A DNA stretch of 64,000 nucleotides from Priapulus caudatus. Taxonomy: Eukaryota. Below the pieces are notes generated by a model. That model was not told where the DNA came from. It made no database searches and worked only from the letters and a program-made list of their open reading frames with translations. This document shows positions 1 through 14,149 of the stretch, piece by piece. The stretch covers positions 569,784 to 633,783 of the forward strand of contig NW_014577085.1 of NCBI RefSeq assembly GCF_000485595.1, given 5' to 3'. The position numbers were made by a program, and so were the translations under genes. Positions within the stretch are counted from its first letter, which is position 1. Each line of letters opens with the position of its first letter.

Positions 1-929
1 AAATTCGAAAAAAATGCTATTCGGTCAATAGATGGCAGTGCGTACAGATGATCCACATCACATACGTGTGAAATTACACTGCGTCTCTTGAGTGCCGCCG
101 TATGAGCATATTCAGGAATCACCACGTCTGGGAGATGGTTCTGCGTCCCCCCCCTCCTTCCGAACAAAAATCTATTCCTGTCAATAGATTGGTGCTACGT
201 CTCAGTCCCCCCCCCTACTGCAGATTCCCCCCTGCCTCACTCTGCTTTGACGTACAGCCGTACTGACCAGTAGTCAGTGGCCAGTAGCTGTGCCAGTGTT
301 CTGTTGTATCCCAGTGCAGCTGCGTTTTCTTTTCAGTATAACTATGAAATATTTAACTTTATCTGTGTCACTACATGCGAGTTTATAATTTAAAGACAAC
401 ATTTGCTGGTTTCTACGGCGTATACTTTCCTGCTTATATATGAAAGTTGTTACAGCACCGAATTTAGTGTGCTCGGCGATAACTAGAGACTCCGCAAGCT
501 AGAGAAACTAAAGATATTTAGATTTAAAAAAAGCCTGGAAAAAAGTTTAAACATCATAAAACAATTATATTCATCAATAGATGCGCGGGTCACGTACCTG
601 TACACACAACATCACGTCTGACATCATGTATAAAACTAATGGCGCCTCCCAGTGGCGTCATGACTTAACATTCCGACTGCCGGGATTTCCGGGTTCGAGT
701 ACCAGCTGTGGAACTTATTTTCCCCTTTTTCCCTTTTTTCCCTTTACCTACTTCTTTAGTATGTATTATTTTTTATTTTTTATTTATTTTTTATTTATTA
801 ATTTATTTTTAATTTATTAATTTATTTAACTTCAATTAATTCTTTTTTCAATTTATTAATTCTTTTTATTTTTAATGTCTTTTATCTTTTGATTTCTTAT
901 TATCTTTTACTGTTTGGAATGCTGCGACT

Positions 930-1385
930 AGAATGGGATTGGGATGGCATGCGATGGCATGCGATGGCAATGTATAGACGGGATGCGGATGGATGGGATG
1001 GGTGGCACATTGGATGGCCATCGTATGCACACTGGCGATGGCAGGGATTAGGGATGGCCATGCGGCATGGGCATGGGTATGGCGATGGCCCATGGGATGC
1101 GCATGGCATGGCATGGGATGGGATGAGCATGGGATGGGATGCGGATGCGATGGAATGGGATGGATGGGATTGCATGGCATGGCCCATGCGGATGCGGATG
1201 GCATGCGCATGCATGGCATGGGCATGGCATGGCATGGCTGGCATGCGGATGGCCACTGAATGACTGATGAGATGAGGATGGCATGGGATGTGTGATGCGG
1301 ATGCTGGTGCGATGGATGGGATGGGATGGCATGAATGGATGCATGGATGAATGGATGCATGATGGATGCATGGATAACGATAGAT
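930..1385. repeat. (ATGGG/ATGGC)n pentamer microsatellite, indel-rich copy
   Basis: Degenerate ATGGG/ATGGC/ATGG run. Its flanks match those of the cleaner array at 12680-13120. Confidence 0.9.
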
Positions 1386-1924
1386 AGTTCAATTTTTTTT
1401 GCGCGGTATTTTCTTTTCAACCAAGCTCTCATCAGCCTGATGTTAACGCCACTGATTCCCGGGCCAACGCCGGGTATCCTGCTAGTAATATATTATATTA
1501 ACGGAGCCTTTCTATTCCTGCGATACCGGCGGGACCGCCTGCCTATTGCTAAGGATGTCACTATCAGTTCATGTTGTGAAAATATTGCGTAATGTGTAAT
1601 AACTGTAATGTGCCCCAATAAGTATGTGGTCATAAACTCTTCATTTTCCGAAAAACACACCACTGAGAATAGTTCATTACTTGATCTTCCTGCGTATTTA
1701 TTGGAACTGATATGCTTTCTTGTACTTAATTCATTATTATTCCTAGTGCCATGTCTTCTGAAAACATGTATAGACAGTTATATTTATGCTGACTTTTTTG
1801 TCTATTAATATTATAGGAAATCACGTTATTAAACACGATATTTTCTGTTGCTATTGGCAAGCTGCCAATCTTCTTCACGCCGCATTGCGCATGCATGCAA
1901 CTGTTTAAATTATTTCAACAACAG

Positions 1925-3266
1925 GTCCCATACGCTAGCGCATTGCCTGAATAAGCTTGCGCTCGACGGACGGTGATCATTGGAGGCCGTGTTTGGCATC
2001 GGGCGGTCTCATTAGCGCGTTACTTCGCCCAAAGCACCTATCACATCATTCATCTTCGTTTGGATTGTAGCAGTATGAGCTTGTTTCTGCTGAATTCGGC
2101 CTCGGCTAAAGGCGCGCATTGCCTTAACAATCATGTGCCCTTGAAAAGCGCAATGCATATCCTTGTGACGTAATTAAGTGTTTCACGCTTTATTGGGACA
2201 CCGGCTTATCTGGACATTTCAATTGCGTTTCGACCGTGGTCGCCGACCAAGCGCAGACTTTCTGCATAACGATTTGCCCTTCGATGCGAGATTTTATTGC
2301 GATATCTCAAATGCCCGCCCGCATTGCGATTGTTCCGCTACATGCTGATCGGTGACTGTGCCGCTTCGAGTGCTGATATGAAATCCCGCGAGCCCTGTGC
2401 TAGCATTATTCTAATGAGTGTTAAAATCTGTATAAATGCATTACGCCGCACTCACCACTACTTATAATTTGTTTATTTATACAGGTATCGGGTTTTTGAA
2501 GAGCCTACACGCCATGCCGTCATTATGGCGGGAACGCTATTTCAATACGATGGCGCTATCTGTCTACAGCGCGTCGCGTGCAGCCGCGGTGGATTCGGAT
2601 CCGTGATTGCCTTCTCTTTCATCTTTAGCAATCTGACGGAGGCTTATGGCTTGCGAGGCTCTATGCCCTAATAAACCGGTGGCATAGCCTGAATCTCCTG
2701 CTCTGTGGTGTCTTCCTGCGCAACCGTTGTCTTACGCACCACGCTAAGTATACCTGCCTGTGAGTCACGTTGTGTTCGTGACGTCAAAATTGCTCATCTT
2801 CGCGTCAGTATTGATCATCTGCCGAACATCGGCCACATTGTGACCGTTTTTGTCACAGTCAGTCGATTATTCTCATAGAGGAGGGATTAGGCAAGATAAA
2901 GCCTACTTTTCTACTTACGATCATCGCGTATATCCAAACACGATTCGGCGCCCGCTGTTTAGTGGTTTCACCGCCGCTCTAATTCGCCACATACTGCTAC
3001 GCTAACCCATTGGGTTTACACCGTATCGCTGGCCGGCACGCAAATTATCGAGAATGCTGCTTTAGTACTGCGCGCCGAACTATTCGCGCGTTCTTCGCCT
3101 CTGTATGGACACTGTTTAGGGTGTCTTTTTCGGTCTGCAGCTGGGAGGCGTTGGCAAACGTTTATCATTAGATCTCTTTCGGAATTAAAAAGCTTCAACA
3201 ACAGCTATGGTTACCTTTATGTTCTGCGAGGAATGCCGAAATGTAATGGCAGCTCCCATTCGCAGG
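1925..3266 (+). pseudogene. Indel-riddled duplicate of the two SLC16/MCT exons (probably a raw-read copy)
   Basis: Aligns by eye to 13618-14884, including the intron. The differences are mostly 1-nt insertions and deletions. Confidence 0.75.
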
Positions 3267-4199
3267 CTACAGTCCTTTGAAATTCAAATTACGACATTAC
3301 TACTAATAATCTTACCGAATTTTGATATTTTAGCGTTGTCTTTTCGCATCTAGTCATTAGATAATTCTACGTTGATTTGTAGTTGTTTTGAACGCGTAAA
3401 GGATTATGACAGAAAGGGATTTGCACATGTATGTGTTAATCACTTCTAGGGGCAAATCGCCGTCGGCAACTATGGCTTTCTTGGTGTTATAAGCTGGCCA
3501 ATTTCACAGCGACCTGATCATGACCGACTAACTGATTGATGGATGGATGGCACTTGATTGAACGATTAATAGATCGATTTGCATCGATTTCTGTTGAATA
3601 GCGCTGCACCTTCGTGATTACACTAAGGCGAGTTAGTCGGTATTCGTTCGCTTTGCGCTGGCTCGTCCAGTCTGCTGCAGTTCTGTATTCTCGTCCTGCT
3701 GTATTTCTGCCGACAAAAGACAAAAACCCGCATCGACCCACGCTTGACAGTAAAGCAACGCCACTCTTTAGTAGAATTTCATCATAGAGTTGAAGGAACA
3801 GTATGACCCTCGCTAAGATGTCTACGTTAACAGTGAGACTGTGCGTAGCTGACCGTTAGTGACGTCCAGGGAGCCTGTAACCTAGCTGTCACGTTGAATA
3901 GCTGCTCTTTCATTGATTCTTAGCTAGTGAAGGTTTGCCTCTAACGTATGATGTAGGCACCATGTAACACCATGTTTAAGGCGTTTAAAACGCTCTGTCT
4001 GTTTTGAAAAGTCAAGTTAGCATAGAATCATGCTATCACCATTCGTTGACTGTTCAGCCATGCATTACATATATATGACGCCGGCTTCATGATCTAAGTA
4101 TCTTAAGTATCTAAGTATCTATATAATTTTATGATTTTAAGTCTGATTATACGCACTATCTCCGTTACTCATACATAGCAATATATATATATATATATA

Positions 4200-5755
4200 T
4201 CATATATTTATATATATATTAAGGAGTTGTCGTATTCTTAAATAGCTGCTCACGAACATAAAACTATATAATGCTTTGAGATGTGAATAATAAATGACGC
4301 AGATGGTAGCAGTGACCCTGATTGCTTACATGATTGTTCTATTGATTTCCCCTCATCTATTACGATATATTTCATCGCTAACACAAATCATGTGTTCTTC
4401 TGACGATATTTAGGACTCGTGAATTTTTTTTATCGCTGAACGATGGCTTTTATTTATGATGAATTGGATGCAAAGCGATAGCACCAAAAAATCAGCGCCA
4501 AAACAACTGTGTTTATCATTTGATGCTGGTTCTATCTTATTCTACGCCATTTATTATCCCGCTTGCCGGCTTCTGAATAGAAACGGTATGCATTCTAGCG
4601 AAACACAAAATAATGCTTACATGTGTATGAATATATATTTAAATATCCGCAGCTAATTATGTGACTCGATAGATTCATTAAAATGATCATGACCAGTAAA
4701 CATCATAGTCCTAACACTTTGCGATTTCAAGATAAACAAACCTGATCGATAGATTCAGGCCGACTGGTATTGAGCGTTTCAGATCTCCGTTGACGCCTGC
4801 TAAACTTGCTGCGGACATTTTTTCATAAGTCGAAAATCTAAAGGACTTCATTAAAACTGAATTAATAGAATTTATGATAAGGCGCCAGTACTTGGTGAAA
4901 GTAACTATGCCCAGAGACGACAATGCGCGCACGGTTTTTCTACACTTTATAATATTTATACGAATTATTATTGCGTGAGCTGAAAGCAACCAAACTCATC
5001 ATTCATGAAGTGTTTAATTTGTCAGATCTATTATGTATACTGGTATATATGCGCAAACTTTACGGATTTACCACACAAACTGCGAACTAGAGATGATAAC
5101 CTGGGTCCCCGAGCCGACTGGCCATTGAATTGCGCGACAAGATTGACGCGAAACTATTTTACACGTATGAACTGCCTCCAATCAGCGCGCAGCGCTTCTA
5201 CGATTTCAGACTAAGTGTCGTGCCGAAAATTCTTCCTCACAACAACCACACATCAATTTCTCGATTTTTTCAATTTTCTCAACATCAACTTTTCTGTTCA
5301 CACTGAGCGATTTTTAGCGAGCGGAAATTGAAAAATCCGCCTGAAAATCGCGCCAATTTCGTCGATTCTACGAACAAAAAGTCGCCATGAGTGTAAAACC
5401 TAGCATGACACAGAAAGAAGAGAGAGACAAGAGAGAGATCGAGGAGAGTAGCCAAATGAAAGACTCGAGAGAACAAAGACTGAGAGAGAGAGAGAGCCAG
5501 AGAGGCGCGAATGCAAATGAGAGAGAAGAGAGCAGCCAGAGAGGGCGATGAGATCTGCGAGCGGAGAGGAGGCTGAAGCAGATCGAGGGAGAGAGCCGTG
5601 AGCTAGAGCGATAGAGAGGGAGAGAGACGAGTGCGGGAGACGCGAGCGAAAGATAGATAGATAGACAGGAGACTGAGAGAGCTATAGCGACAGATACACG
5701 CATCGAACGCACGCACACACAGGAAATTACTAATCATATACATATATTACGTCGT
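4200..5755 (+). repeat. Direct duplicate of 10860-12300, including a (GA)n tract
   Basis: Shared sequence runs from 'attaaggagttgtc' to 'catatattacgtcgt', with scattered indels. Confidence 0.85.
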
Positions 5756-5760
5756 CCATA

Positions 5761-6712
5761 ATTAGATATTAGTTATGTATAGGCCCGCTGGTAAACTCTC
5801 GTACATGCCCACGACGTACACACACACTTCCTAATAAAGTGCCGTATGCCGCGCGCGCGCACGTGTTTGTGTGTCTCTGCTGCGTTTTTTGTTTGATATA
5901 TATATATTATCACAATAAATAACAATATATATATATGTAATATTATATATATATACCAAGCCATTTGCCAACCGCTGACAATTGCCCAAACATACGCCAA
6001 CGCTTGCGGTCCAACGCCTCATGCAGCCAACCATTTGCCAACGCGGTGACCATGCCAACCATACGCCAACGTTGGCCAACGTCATGCAGCAACCATTCAG
6101 CCAACATATATGCCGACCATACGCTAACGTTGGCCCAAAACGTCCATGCAGCCACCCATTTGCCAACTGTGACCATGCCAATCATTCGCCAACGTTGGCG
6201 CAACGATCATTGCCCAGCAACCATTTGCCAACCGCTGGACCATGCCGACCATACGCCCAACGTTGTCCCAACGTCATGCAGCCAATCGATTGCCAACCGT
6301 GCAACCGATTGAATAACCATACGCCAAGTTGGCCCCATCGTCGTCATGCTCAACCAAACCATTTGCCGACCCGCCCCCCGCCCACTGGACAATGGCCATC
6401 TACGCCAACGTTGGCCCAACGTCATGCAAGCCAATCACTTGCCAATCGGTGACCCATGCCAAACCATACGCCAACGTTGGCGCCAACGTCAATGCAGCCC
6501 AACCAGCTTGCCAACTAGCATACATGCCAACCATACGGCCAACGTTGCGGCCAACTTATGTAGATACCACCTACGCCAACTACACGTGCCAACCATACCG
6601 CCAACGTTGCCCAACGTCATGCAGCCCAACCACTTCCAACTAGCCATCACTTGCACAACCATACGCCAACGTTTGGTCCAACTCAGCCAGCCAATCACTT
6701 GCCAACCGTGAC
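5761..6712. repeat. CCAACGTTGG-core minisatellite element, noisy copy of 36901-37722
   Basis: Same lead-in ('attagatattag...ggcccgctg') and the same ~60-bp units 'ccatacgccaacgttggcccaacgtcatgcagccaaccatttgccaaccgtga'. Confidence 0.85.
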
Positions 6713-7354
6713 CTGCTGCTGCTGCTTCTCTTACTGCTGCTCCTGCTGCTGCTCCTGGTACTGCTGCTGCTCCTGCTGTTGTTGCTACTACTACTGCTAC
6801 TGCTGCTGCTGCTTATCCTGTTACAGGAATATGCTGGGATTACTTCGATCCAGCGAGAGACTAGCCTGACCGAGTGTGCTGATGGGCTGACCGGACAGAT
6901 TAATGGATAAATAGCTTAGTGACTGGCCGGTTGGCTAGCTGGCTGGATAGTTTGCTCACTATATTAGTGTTGGGCATGCTGGTTAATTAATTAGATCTTA
7001 ATGGCTAACTTCTTTAATGACTGGCTGGCTAATTGGATTTCAGCAAGTGGCAGACGATCTTAGTTTCTTGCTGGTGTAGTGACTGCATGGCTTGCTAGCC
7101 GAGTGGCTGCATGTATGGTTAGCTAACGTAGTGTCTGACTTGCCTATTCAATTCAAATTCATTCGATTAAAAATTCTATATTTACATTCATGAATTACAT
7201 TTTGGAAGTAGCATATCAGTTAAACAAGTTAATAGACAATGCTGATTAATTTTTAATAGACAATGCTATTCACTAGAAATCGAAACAATTAAACCCATTT
7301 CAATGGAAATACAGCGCGTGTGAGTGTATGTATGTAGATATACATAAACACATG

Positions 7355-7825
7355 TAAATTATTGATATTGCTCGAGGTAGACAGATTTTAGAAATCCCAC
7401 AATCTTTAAAAAGGAGAATGCCTTTACATCATTTGGTAAAGTAGCCCAAAGTTCAACACCTTGATACTTTAATGATTTTTGACCTTTAATAGTTGCAAAT
7501 ATAGAAAGACAATACACAGCGTTTACATAGTATCTGGTCATATATAACCATGTACATTCATAGCCAATTCAAAATAATTGGAAAAAATACTGGGCAATAA
7601 GTTATTAGAGAAACGGTACATTAGTTTTGCCAGTTCGATGTCATTTACACCAGTAATTTGAGTTCTCTATACACTAGGTTGGTATGATCTATACCATTAG
7701 CAAACTTGATGCATTATATCAGAAGTAGATAATAGGGAACTATTATATCCACTTCTGATTATATTTTTCTCTTCTGTAATTTAACAGCGGGGTATTACGC
7801 CGATTTAGAAGCTGATCCCCAAACC
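7355..7825 (-). mobile_element. CR1/L2-type LINE ORF2, 3'-end remnant
   Basis: Minus-strand translation '...KGQKSLKYQGVELWATLPNDVK...' resembles a LINE ORF2 C-terminus. It shares sequence with the RT remnant at 16975-17500. Confidence 0.65.
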
Positions 7826-8216
7826 TAGTAGCAATTAAGATGATTGATTGACTGAGTAGCTGGTTGACTGAGTAGCTGAATGACTGGTTGTCTGCCTGAC
7901 TGACTGGGTGGCTGGCTGGCTAGCTGTCTGACTGACTGTCTGTCTGACTGACTGACTGACTGACTACCGGTAACTGATTGACTGACTGGCTGGTTGGCTG
8001 GGTATAGCTGAATGACTGGCTGGCCGGCTGAATCCAAAAGACATCTCAATCAGACATTCGCGATTCACTGCTTGATTGCACACAGCTTTATCTGTTGGAA
8101 GCATTTGCAAAATTGACGACAGCGTCGCAAGGCGCTGCGGTATGTGTTTGAACTTCAGAAGCTTGCAGAGCGTAGAGCGCGGGGGAGCGGCGGGCGTGCG
8201 CGCATGGGGAGGGAGC

Positions 8217-8482
8217 AGGGGCGTAGCTACGGGGGGGCCTGGTGCCCCTGTCCCTGGTGAAATTTTCTGTGCCCCCCCAGGTGCCCCCCCCCCACTGAAA
8301 ATGCATGCTTGATAAAAAAAATTGAATTAAAAACAATGCCGTTAGAACAGTATAATACAATGAAAGAAAGTTCGAACCACATCTCAATAAAATTATATAT
8401 TGTTATATTGTGCCCCCCCCCACGAAAATGTAAGGCCCCCCCAGTGCCCCCCCCCCCGCTGAAAAAATCCTAGCTACGCTAC
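8217..8482. mobile_element. hAT-like MITE
   Basis: Ends CAGGGGCGTAGCTA ... TAGCTACGC, with internal GCCCCCC motifs. Confidence 0.55.
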
Positions 8483-8583
8483 GTGAAGGAACACTGTACA
8501 TTGTACGGGAGGTTGACGTTGTACAACACAGCTGCTTCCGTCCACAAGCACTTGGAACGTCTCAATTTAAAAAAAAAGGTAAT

Positions 8584-8936
8584 TAAACACGAAATGTATT
8601 TACTACCAAAGTCTTAATGTTTTTCTACTCTATTTCGCATATTATTGCCGATAATTACCCGTAAATGCCGGTCAAATACTCAACTGCACAAACAACATCA
8701 GGAGTGTATCAATATTGATAGACTCCTGACAACATGAATAAGAGAGCATGTTATTCATGTTGTTTGTGCACAGGGTGGGTGTGCACAGGGGGGTTGTGCG
8801 CAGGGGGGGGGGCGTGGGTGTACTTGTGTGTTGCAGATGGGCATTTGACCGGCATTTACGGGTAATTATCGGCAGTAATAGGCGAAATAGAGTAGAGAAA
8901 CATTAAGACTTTGGTAGTAAATACATTTCGTGTTTA
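8584..8936. mobile_element. MITE/foldback element with ~110-bp inverted arms
   Basis: 'taaacacgaaatgtatttactaccaaagtcttaatg...' at the left end is mirrored by '...cattaagactttggtagtaaatacatttcgtgttta' at the right end. Confidence 0.8.
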
Positions 8937-9201
8937 CATTATTTATTTTTATTGAGACGTTCCAAGTGCCTGTGCTTCCGTCGTCCTCGCTTTCGCTGTT
9001 TTTTTTTGCCTGTTTTTTTTTCTGCTGGTGTCGACGCTATCATGGTTGTCGTCGCCGTGCAATGTCGTCATCGTTGTCGTCGTCGTCATCGTTGTCGTCG
9101 TCGTCACTGTAGCTGTTTTTGTCGTCAACATCACATTTGCTGTTGTACAGTTGTTGTCGTCGTTCACGGCGCGCTCGTCGCTGTCGCTTTTTTGTTGACG
9201 C

Positions 9202-9508
9202 TCTACCTACGAGCATCGGGATAGCCAACTCGATCAGGCGCCGGTTAGCTGGTTTCACCGCTCCAATTCGCTACATACGCTACGCTAATGCCGCCCATGC
9301 AATATCAAGCATGCTGTTTAGTACTGGCGGAACATTCGGCGTCTTCGCCCTGTATGGAACACTGTTTGTGTTCTTTTTCGGTCTGTAGCCGGGAGCGTTG
9401 GCAAACGTTATCGTAGATCTCTTCGGAATTAAAAAGTTCAACAACAGCTATGGTTACATTATGTTTGCTTACGGAATTGGAAATGTAATTGGAGCTCCCA
9501 TATTGCGG
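9202..9508 (+). pseudogene. 5'-truncated, diverged paralogue of the large SLC16/MCT exon
   Basis: Matches 14557-14884 with substitutions and a short internal deletion. A CAG>TAG stop lies at 9386-9388 (…FFFGL*). Confidence 0.8.
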
Positions 9509-10289
9509 GGTACAGTCTTAAAAATCCAATTACGACATTACTACTAATAATCTTACCGAATTTGATATTTCAGCGTGTTTTTTTCTGGTCATTAGATAAT
9601 TTTACGTGATTGTACAGTTGTTTTTAGCGCGTAAAGAGTCTGACGAAGGATTTGCACGTGTATATGTGTTAATCATTTCTAGGTTCAAATCGCTCGGCAA
9701 TTATGGTTTCTTGGTGTTATACAGCTGGCAATGCAGTATATTGCTGTTATGCACGACTTATATATTTATTATAGGAAATGATTCCTTCTCTTTATGAATT
9801 AATCGATACTAACAACTAATCAACTGATCGACCGACCGAAGTACTGACTGGCGAACTGACCATGCACCTGACCGACTGACTGATTGATGGATGGATGAAT
9901 TGATTGAACGATTAATAGATGGTTTCTTGGTGTTATACAGCTGGCAATGCAGTATTGCAGTTATGCACGACTTATATATTTAATATAAGAAATAATTCTT
10001 TCTCGTCATTAATTAATCGATACAACAACTAATCAACTGATCGACCGACCGAAGTACTGACTGGCGAACTGACCACCTGACCGACTGACTGATTGATGGA
10101 TGGATAGATTGATTGAACGATTAATAGATAGATTGATTCTGTGCGGTGGTTCGTCCAGTCTCCTGAGTTCTGCTATTATCGTCCTGCTGTATATCCTCGC
10201 CAAAAGACAAAAACCCGCACCGACCGACGGTGACAGAAAGCAACGTCGCTCTCTGGTAGAATTTCATCATAGATCTGAGGAACAGTATC

Positions 10290-10462
10290 GCTGAAGGGGT
10301 CGTTGTCGTATATGTAGTACCCAAGGTGTCGGCCAGTATGTCGCCTACGCCCACTCACTAACCCAAACCCTAACCCTAACACCCTAACCCTACCCCTAAC
10401 CATATCAAATAGTTACGACGGGTACATATTATACGCCATTATACGACAACGACCTTTCGTGC
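10290..10462. mobile_element. 173-bp MITE with an internal (CCCTAA)-like tract and an 8-9 bp target-site duplication
   Basis: AACAGTATC flanks both sides. The inverted ends share GGTCGTTGTCGTATA. The paralogous site near 15385 is empty. Confidence 0.85.
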
Positions 10463-10845
10463 AACAGTATCATCCTCGTACGATGTCTACGCTAACAGCT
10501 GAGACTGAGGTAGCCGACGTTACATCCAGGAGTATATCTTAGTGACACCCAGGAGCCTGGGGACCTATCTGTCACGTTCGAATTATGCTCTTTGATGATG
10601 TGAGTAGTGAAGTTGCTCTAACGTATGATGTATATGCACACCATGTTTAAGGCGTTTAAAACGTTTGTCTGTTTCGAAAGTGAGTTAGCATAGCATCATG
10701 CTATCGCCCATTCGTGACTGTTCACCATGCATTCATATATAAGACGCCGGCTTCATAATCTAAGTAACTAAGTATCCAAGTATCTGTAGGATTTTATGAT
10801 TTTATGATTTTTAGTTTTATACTACTATCGCCGTTACTCTACATA

Positions 10846-10880
<35 letters not shown>

Positions 10881-12065
10881 GGAGTTGTCTATTTCTTAAA
10901 TAGGTTCACGAACATAAACTATATAAGCTTGAGATGTTGAAAATAAAATTGACGCGATGGTGGGCAGTGACCCTGATTGTTACATTGATTGTTCTATTGA
11001 TTTCCCCTCATCTTTACGATATATTTATCGTACACATCATGTGTCTTCTGACGATATTAGGACGTGAATTTTTCTATTATCTGTGAACGATGGCTTTTAT
11101 CTATGGATGAATTGGATGCAAAGCGATAGCAAAAAATCAGCGCAACAACTGTGTTTACCATTTGATGTGGTTCTATCTTATTTACGCTTTATTATCCGTT
11201 GGGTTCTGAATAGAAACGTATGATTCTAGGCGAACACAAAATAATGCTTACATGTATGAATATATATTTAAGATATCCGCGCTAATTATGTGATCGAAGA
11301 TTCATTAAAATGATCATGACCAGTAAACATCATAGCCTAACACTGGAATTTCAAGATAAACAAACCGATCGTAGTTCAGGCGACTGGCATGAGCGTTTCG
11401 ATTCCGTGACGCTGTAAACTGGCGGACAGTTTTTCATAAGTCGAATCTAAAGACTTCATTAAATGAATTATAGAATTTTGATAAGCGCAGTACTTGGTGA
11501 AAGTAACTATGCAGAGACGACAATGCGCGCACGTTTTCTACACTTATAATATTTAACGAATTATTATTGGGAGTGAAAGACCAACTATCATCATGAGTGT
11601 TTAATTGTAGATCTATTATTATACTGGTATATATGGCAAATTTACCGGATTTACCACACAAACTGGAACTAGGAGATGATACCTGGGTCCCGAGCCCGAC
11701 GGCCATGAATTGCCGCGACAGAGATGACGCGAAACTATTTTTACACGTATGAACTGTCCAATCAGCGCGCAGCGCTTCTACGATTTCATGACTAAGTGTC
11801 GGCGAAAATCTCTCACAACAACCACACATCAATTTCTCGATTTTTCAATTTCTCAACATCAACTTTTCTGTTCACACTAGCGATTTTTAGCTGGGAAATT
11901 GAAAAATCGCTGAAAATCGCGCCAATTTCTCGATTCTACGACAAAAAGTCGCCAGTGTAAACCTAGCATGACACAGAAAGAGAGAGAGAGAAAGAGAGAG
12001 ATCGAGGGAGAGAGCAAATGAAAGAGAGAGAAAAAGAGAGAGAGAGAGAGAGAGAAGGCGAATGC

Positions 12066-12106
<41 letters not shown>

Positions 12107-12679
12107 CGAGAGATCGAGGGAGAGAGGGCGAGAGATCGAGGGAGAGAGCGTGAGCTAGAGCGATACAGAGGGAGAGAGAGAGTGGGAGAGCGAGCGAAAG
12201 ATAGATAGATAGACAGAGAGACTGAGAGAGCTATAGCGACAGATACTCGCACGAACGCACGCACACACAGAAATACTAATCATATACATATATTACGTCG
12301 TAACTGACTGATTGATGGCATGGATGGATTGATTGAACGATTAGATAGATCTGATCTTGCATCGATTTCTGTTGAATTAGCTGCACCTTTCGTGATTACA
12401 CTAAGGCGAGTAGTCGGTATATCGTTCCTTTGCGCTGGCTCGTCCAGTCTGCTGAGTTCTGCTATTCTCGTCTGCTGTATTCTGCCGACAAAAACAAAAA
12501 CCCGCATCGACCCACGCTTGACAGAATGAACGCCACCTTTAGTAGAATTTCATCATAGAGTTGAGGACAGTATGACCCTCGCTAAGATGTCTACGTTAAC
12601 AGAAACGAACTGTGCGTAGCTGACGTTAGTGAGTCCAGATTTTTTATCTTTTGATTTCTTATTATCTTTTACTGTTTGG

Positions 12680-13120
12680 AATGGGATAGAATGGGATGGG
12701 ATGGCATGCGATGGCATGCGATGGCATGTGATAGGACGGGATGGGATGGGATGGGATGGGATGGCATGGGATGGCATGCGATGACATGGGATGGCATGGG
12801 ATGGGATGGCATGGGATGGGATGGCATGGGATGGCATGGGATGGCATGGGATGGCATGGGATGGGATGAGATGGGATGGGATGCGGTGCGATGGAATGGG
12901 ATGGGATGGGATTGCATGGCATGGCATGGGATGGGATGGCATGGCATGGCATGGCATGGCATGGCATGGCATGGCATGGCATGGGATGGCACTGAATGTG
13001 ATGAGATGGGATGGGATGGGATGTGTGATGGGATGCGGTGCGATGGGATGGGATGGGATGGCATGGAATGGGATGGATGGATGAATGGATGCATGGATGG
13101 ATGCATGGATAGATAGATAG
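12680..13120. repeat. (ATGGG/ATGGC)n microsatellite
   Basis: Direct pentamer array. It explains the HPIPS/WDGMG-type ORFs. Confidence 0.95.
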
Positions 13121-13617
13121 TTCAATTTTTTGGCGGTATTTTCTTTTCAACCAAGCTCTCATCAGCTGAGTAACGCCACTGATTTCCCCGGGCAACGCCG
13201 GGTATCCTGCTAGTATATATATATTAACGGAGCTTTCTATTCCTGCGATACGCGGGACCGCCTGCTATTGTAAGGATGTCAGCTATAGTTCATGTTGTGA
13301 AAATATGTGGTAATGTGTAATAATGTAATGTGCAATAAGTATGTGGTCTAACCTTCATTTTCCGAAAAACACACCACGAGAATAGTTCATACTTGATCTC
13401 CTGCGTTTTATTGAAACTGTATGTTTCATTGTACTAATTCATTATTATTCCTATTGCATGTCTTCTAACATGTATAGACGTTATATTATGCTGAGCTTTT
13501 TTGTCTATTATATTATAGGAAATCACGTTTAAACACGATATTTCTGTTCTATTGCAAGCTGCAATCTTCTTCACGCCGCATTGCGCATGTGCAACTGTTA
13601 AATTATTTCACACACAG

Positions 13618-13761
13618 GTCCCATAGCTAGCGCATTGCTGAATAAGCTTGGCGCTCGACGGACGGTGATCATTGGAGGCGTGTTGGCATCGGGCGGTCTC
13701 ATTAGCGGTTACTTCGCCCAAAGCACCTATCACATCATCATCTCGTTTGGATTGGTAGCAG
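13618..13761 (+). CDS. SLC16/monocarboxylate transporter-like MFS protein, internal 144-bp exon
   Basis: cacacag|...|gtatgg boundaries, phase 1-1. Translates (G)PIASALLNKLGARRTVIIGGVLASGGLISGYFAQSTYHIIISFGLVA(G), which includes the MFS motif-A-like 'NKLGARR'. Confidence 0.88.
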
Positions 13762-14149
13762 GTATGGTTGTTTCTTCTGAATTCGGCCTCGGCTAAAGGG
13801 CGCATTGCTTAACAATATGTGCCCTTGAAAAGCAATGCAATCCTTGTGCACGTAATTAAGTGTTCACCGCTTTATTGGGACCACCGCTTAATCTGGACAT
13901 TTCAATGGTTTCCGACCTGTCCCGACCAAGCGGAGACTTCTGCATAACGATTTGCTTTCATGCGATATGTTATTGCGTATGTCAATGCCCGCCCGCATTG
14001 GAATTGTTCGTACATGCTGATCGTACTGTCGTTCGAATAAGTGCTGATATGAAATCCCCGTGCTGTGCTAAGCATTATTCTAATGAGTGTAAAATCTATA
14101 AATGCATTACGCCGTCACTCACCACTATTATAATTTGTTTATTTTACAG

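Noticed and set aside
640..715. tRNA/SINE-like head with a GGTTCGAG B-box
   Set aside because: The A-box is weak and I could not build a convincing cloverleaf.
872..1432. His/Pro- and Trp/Gly/Met-rich ORFs (also 12553-13195)
   Set aside because: They are translations of pentamer microsatellites, open in several frames on both strands.
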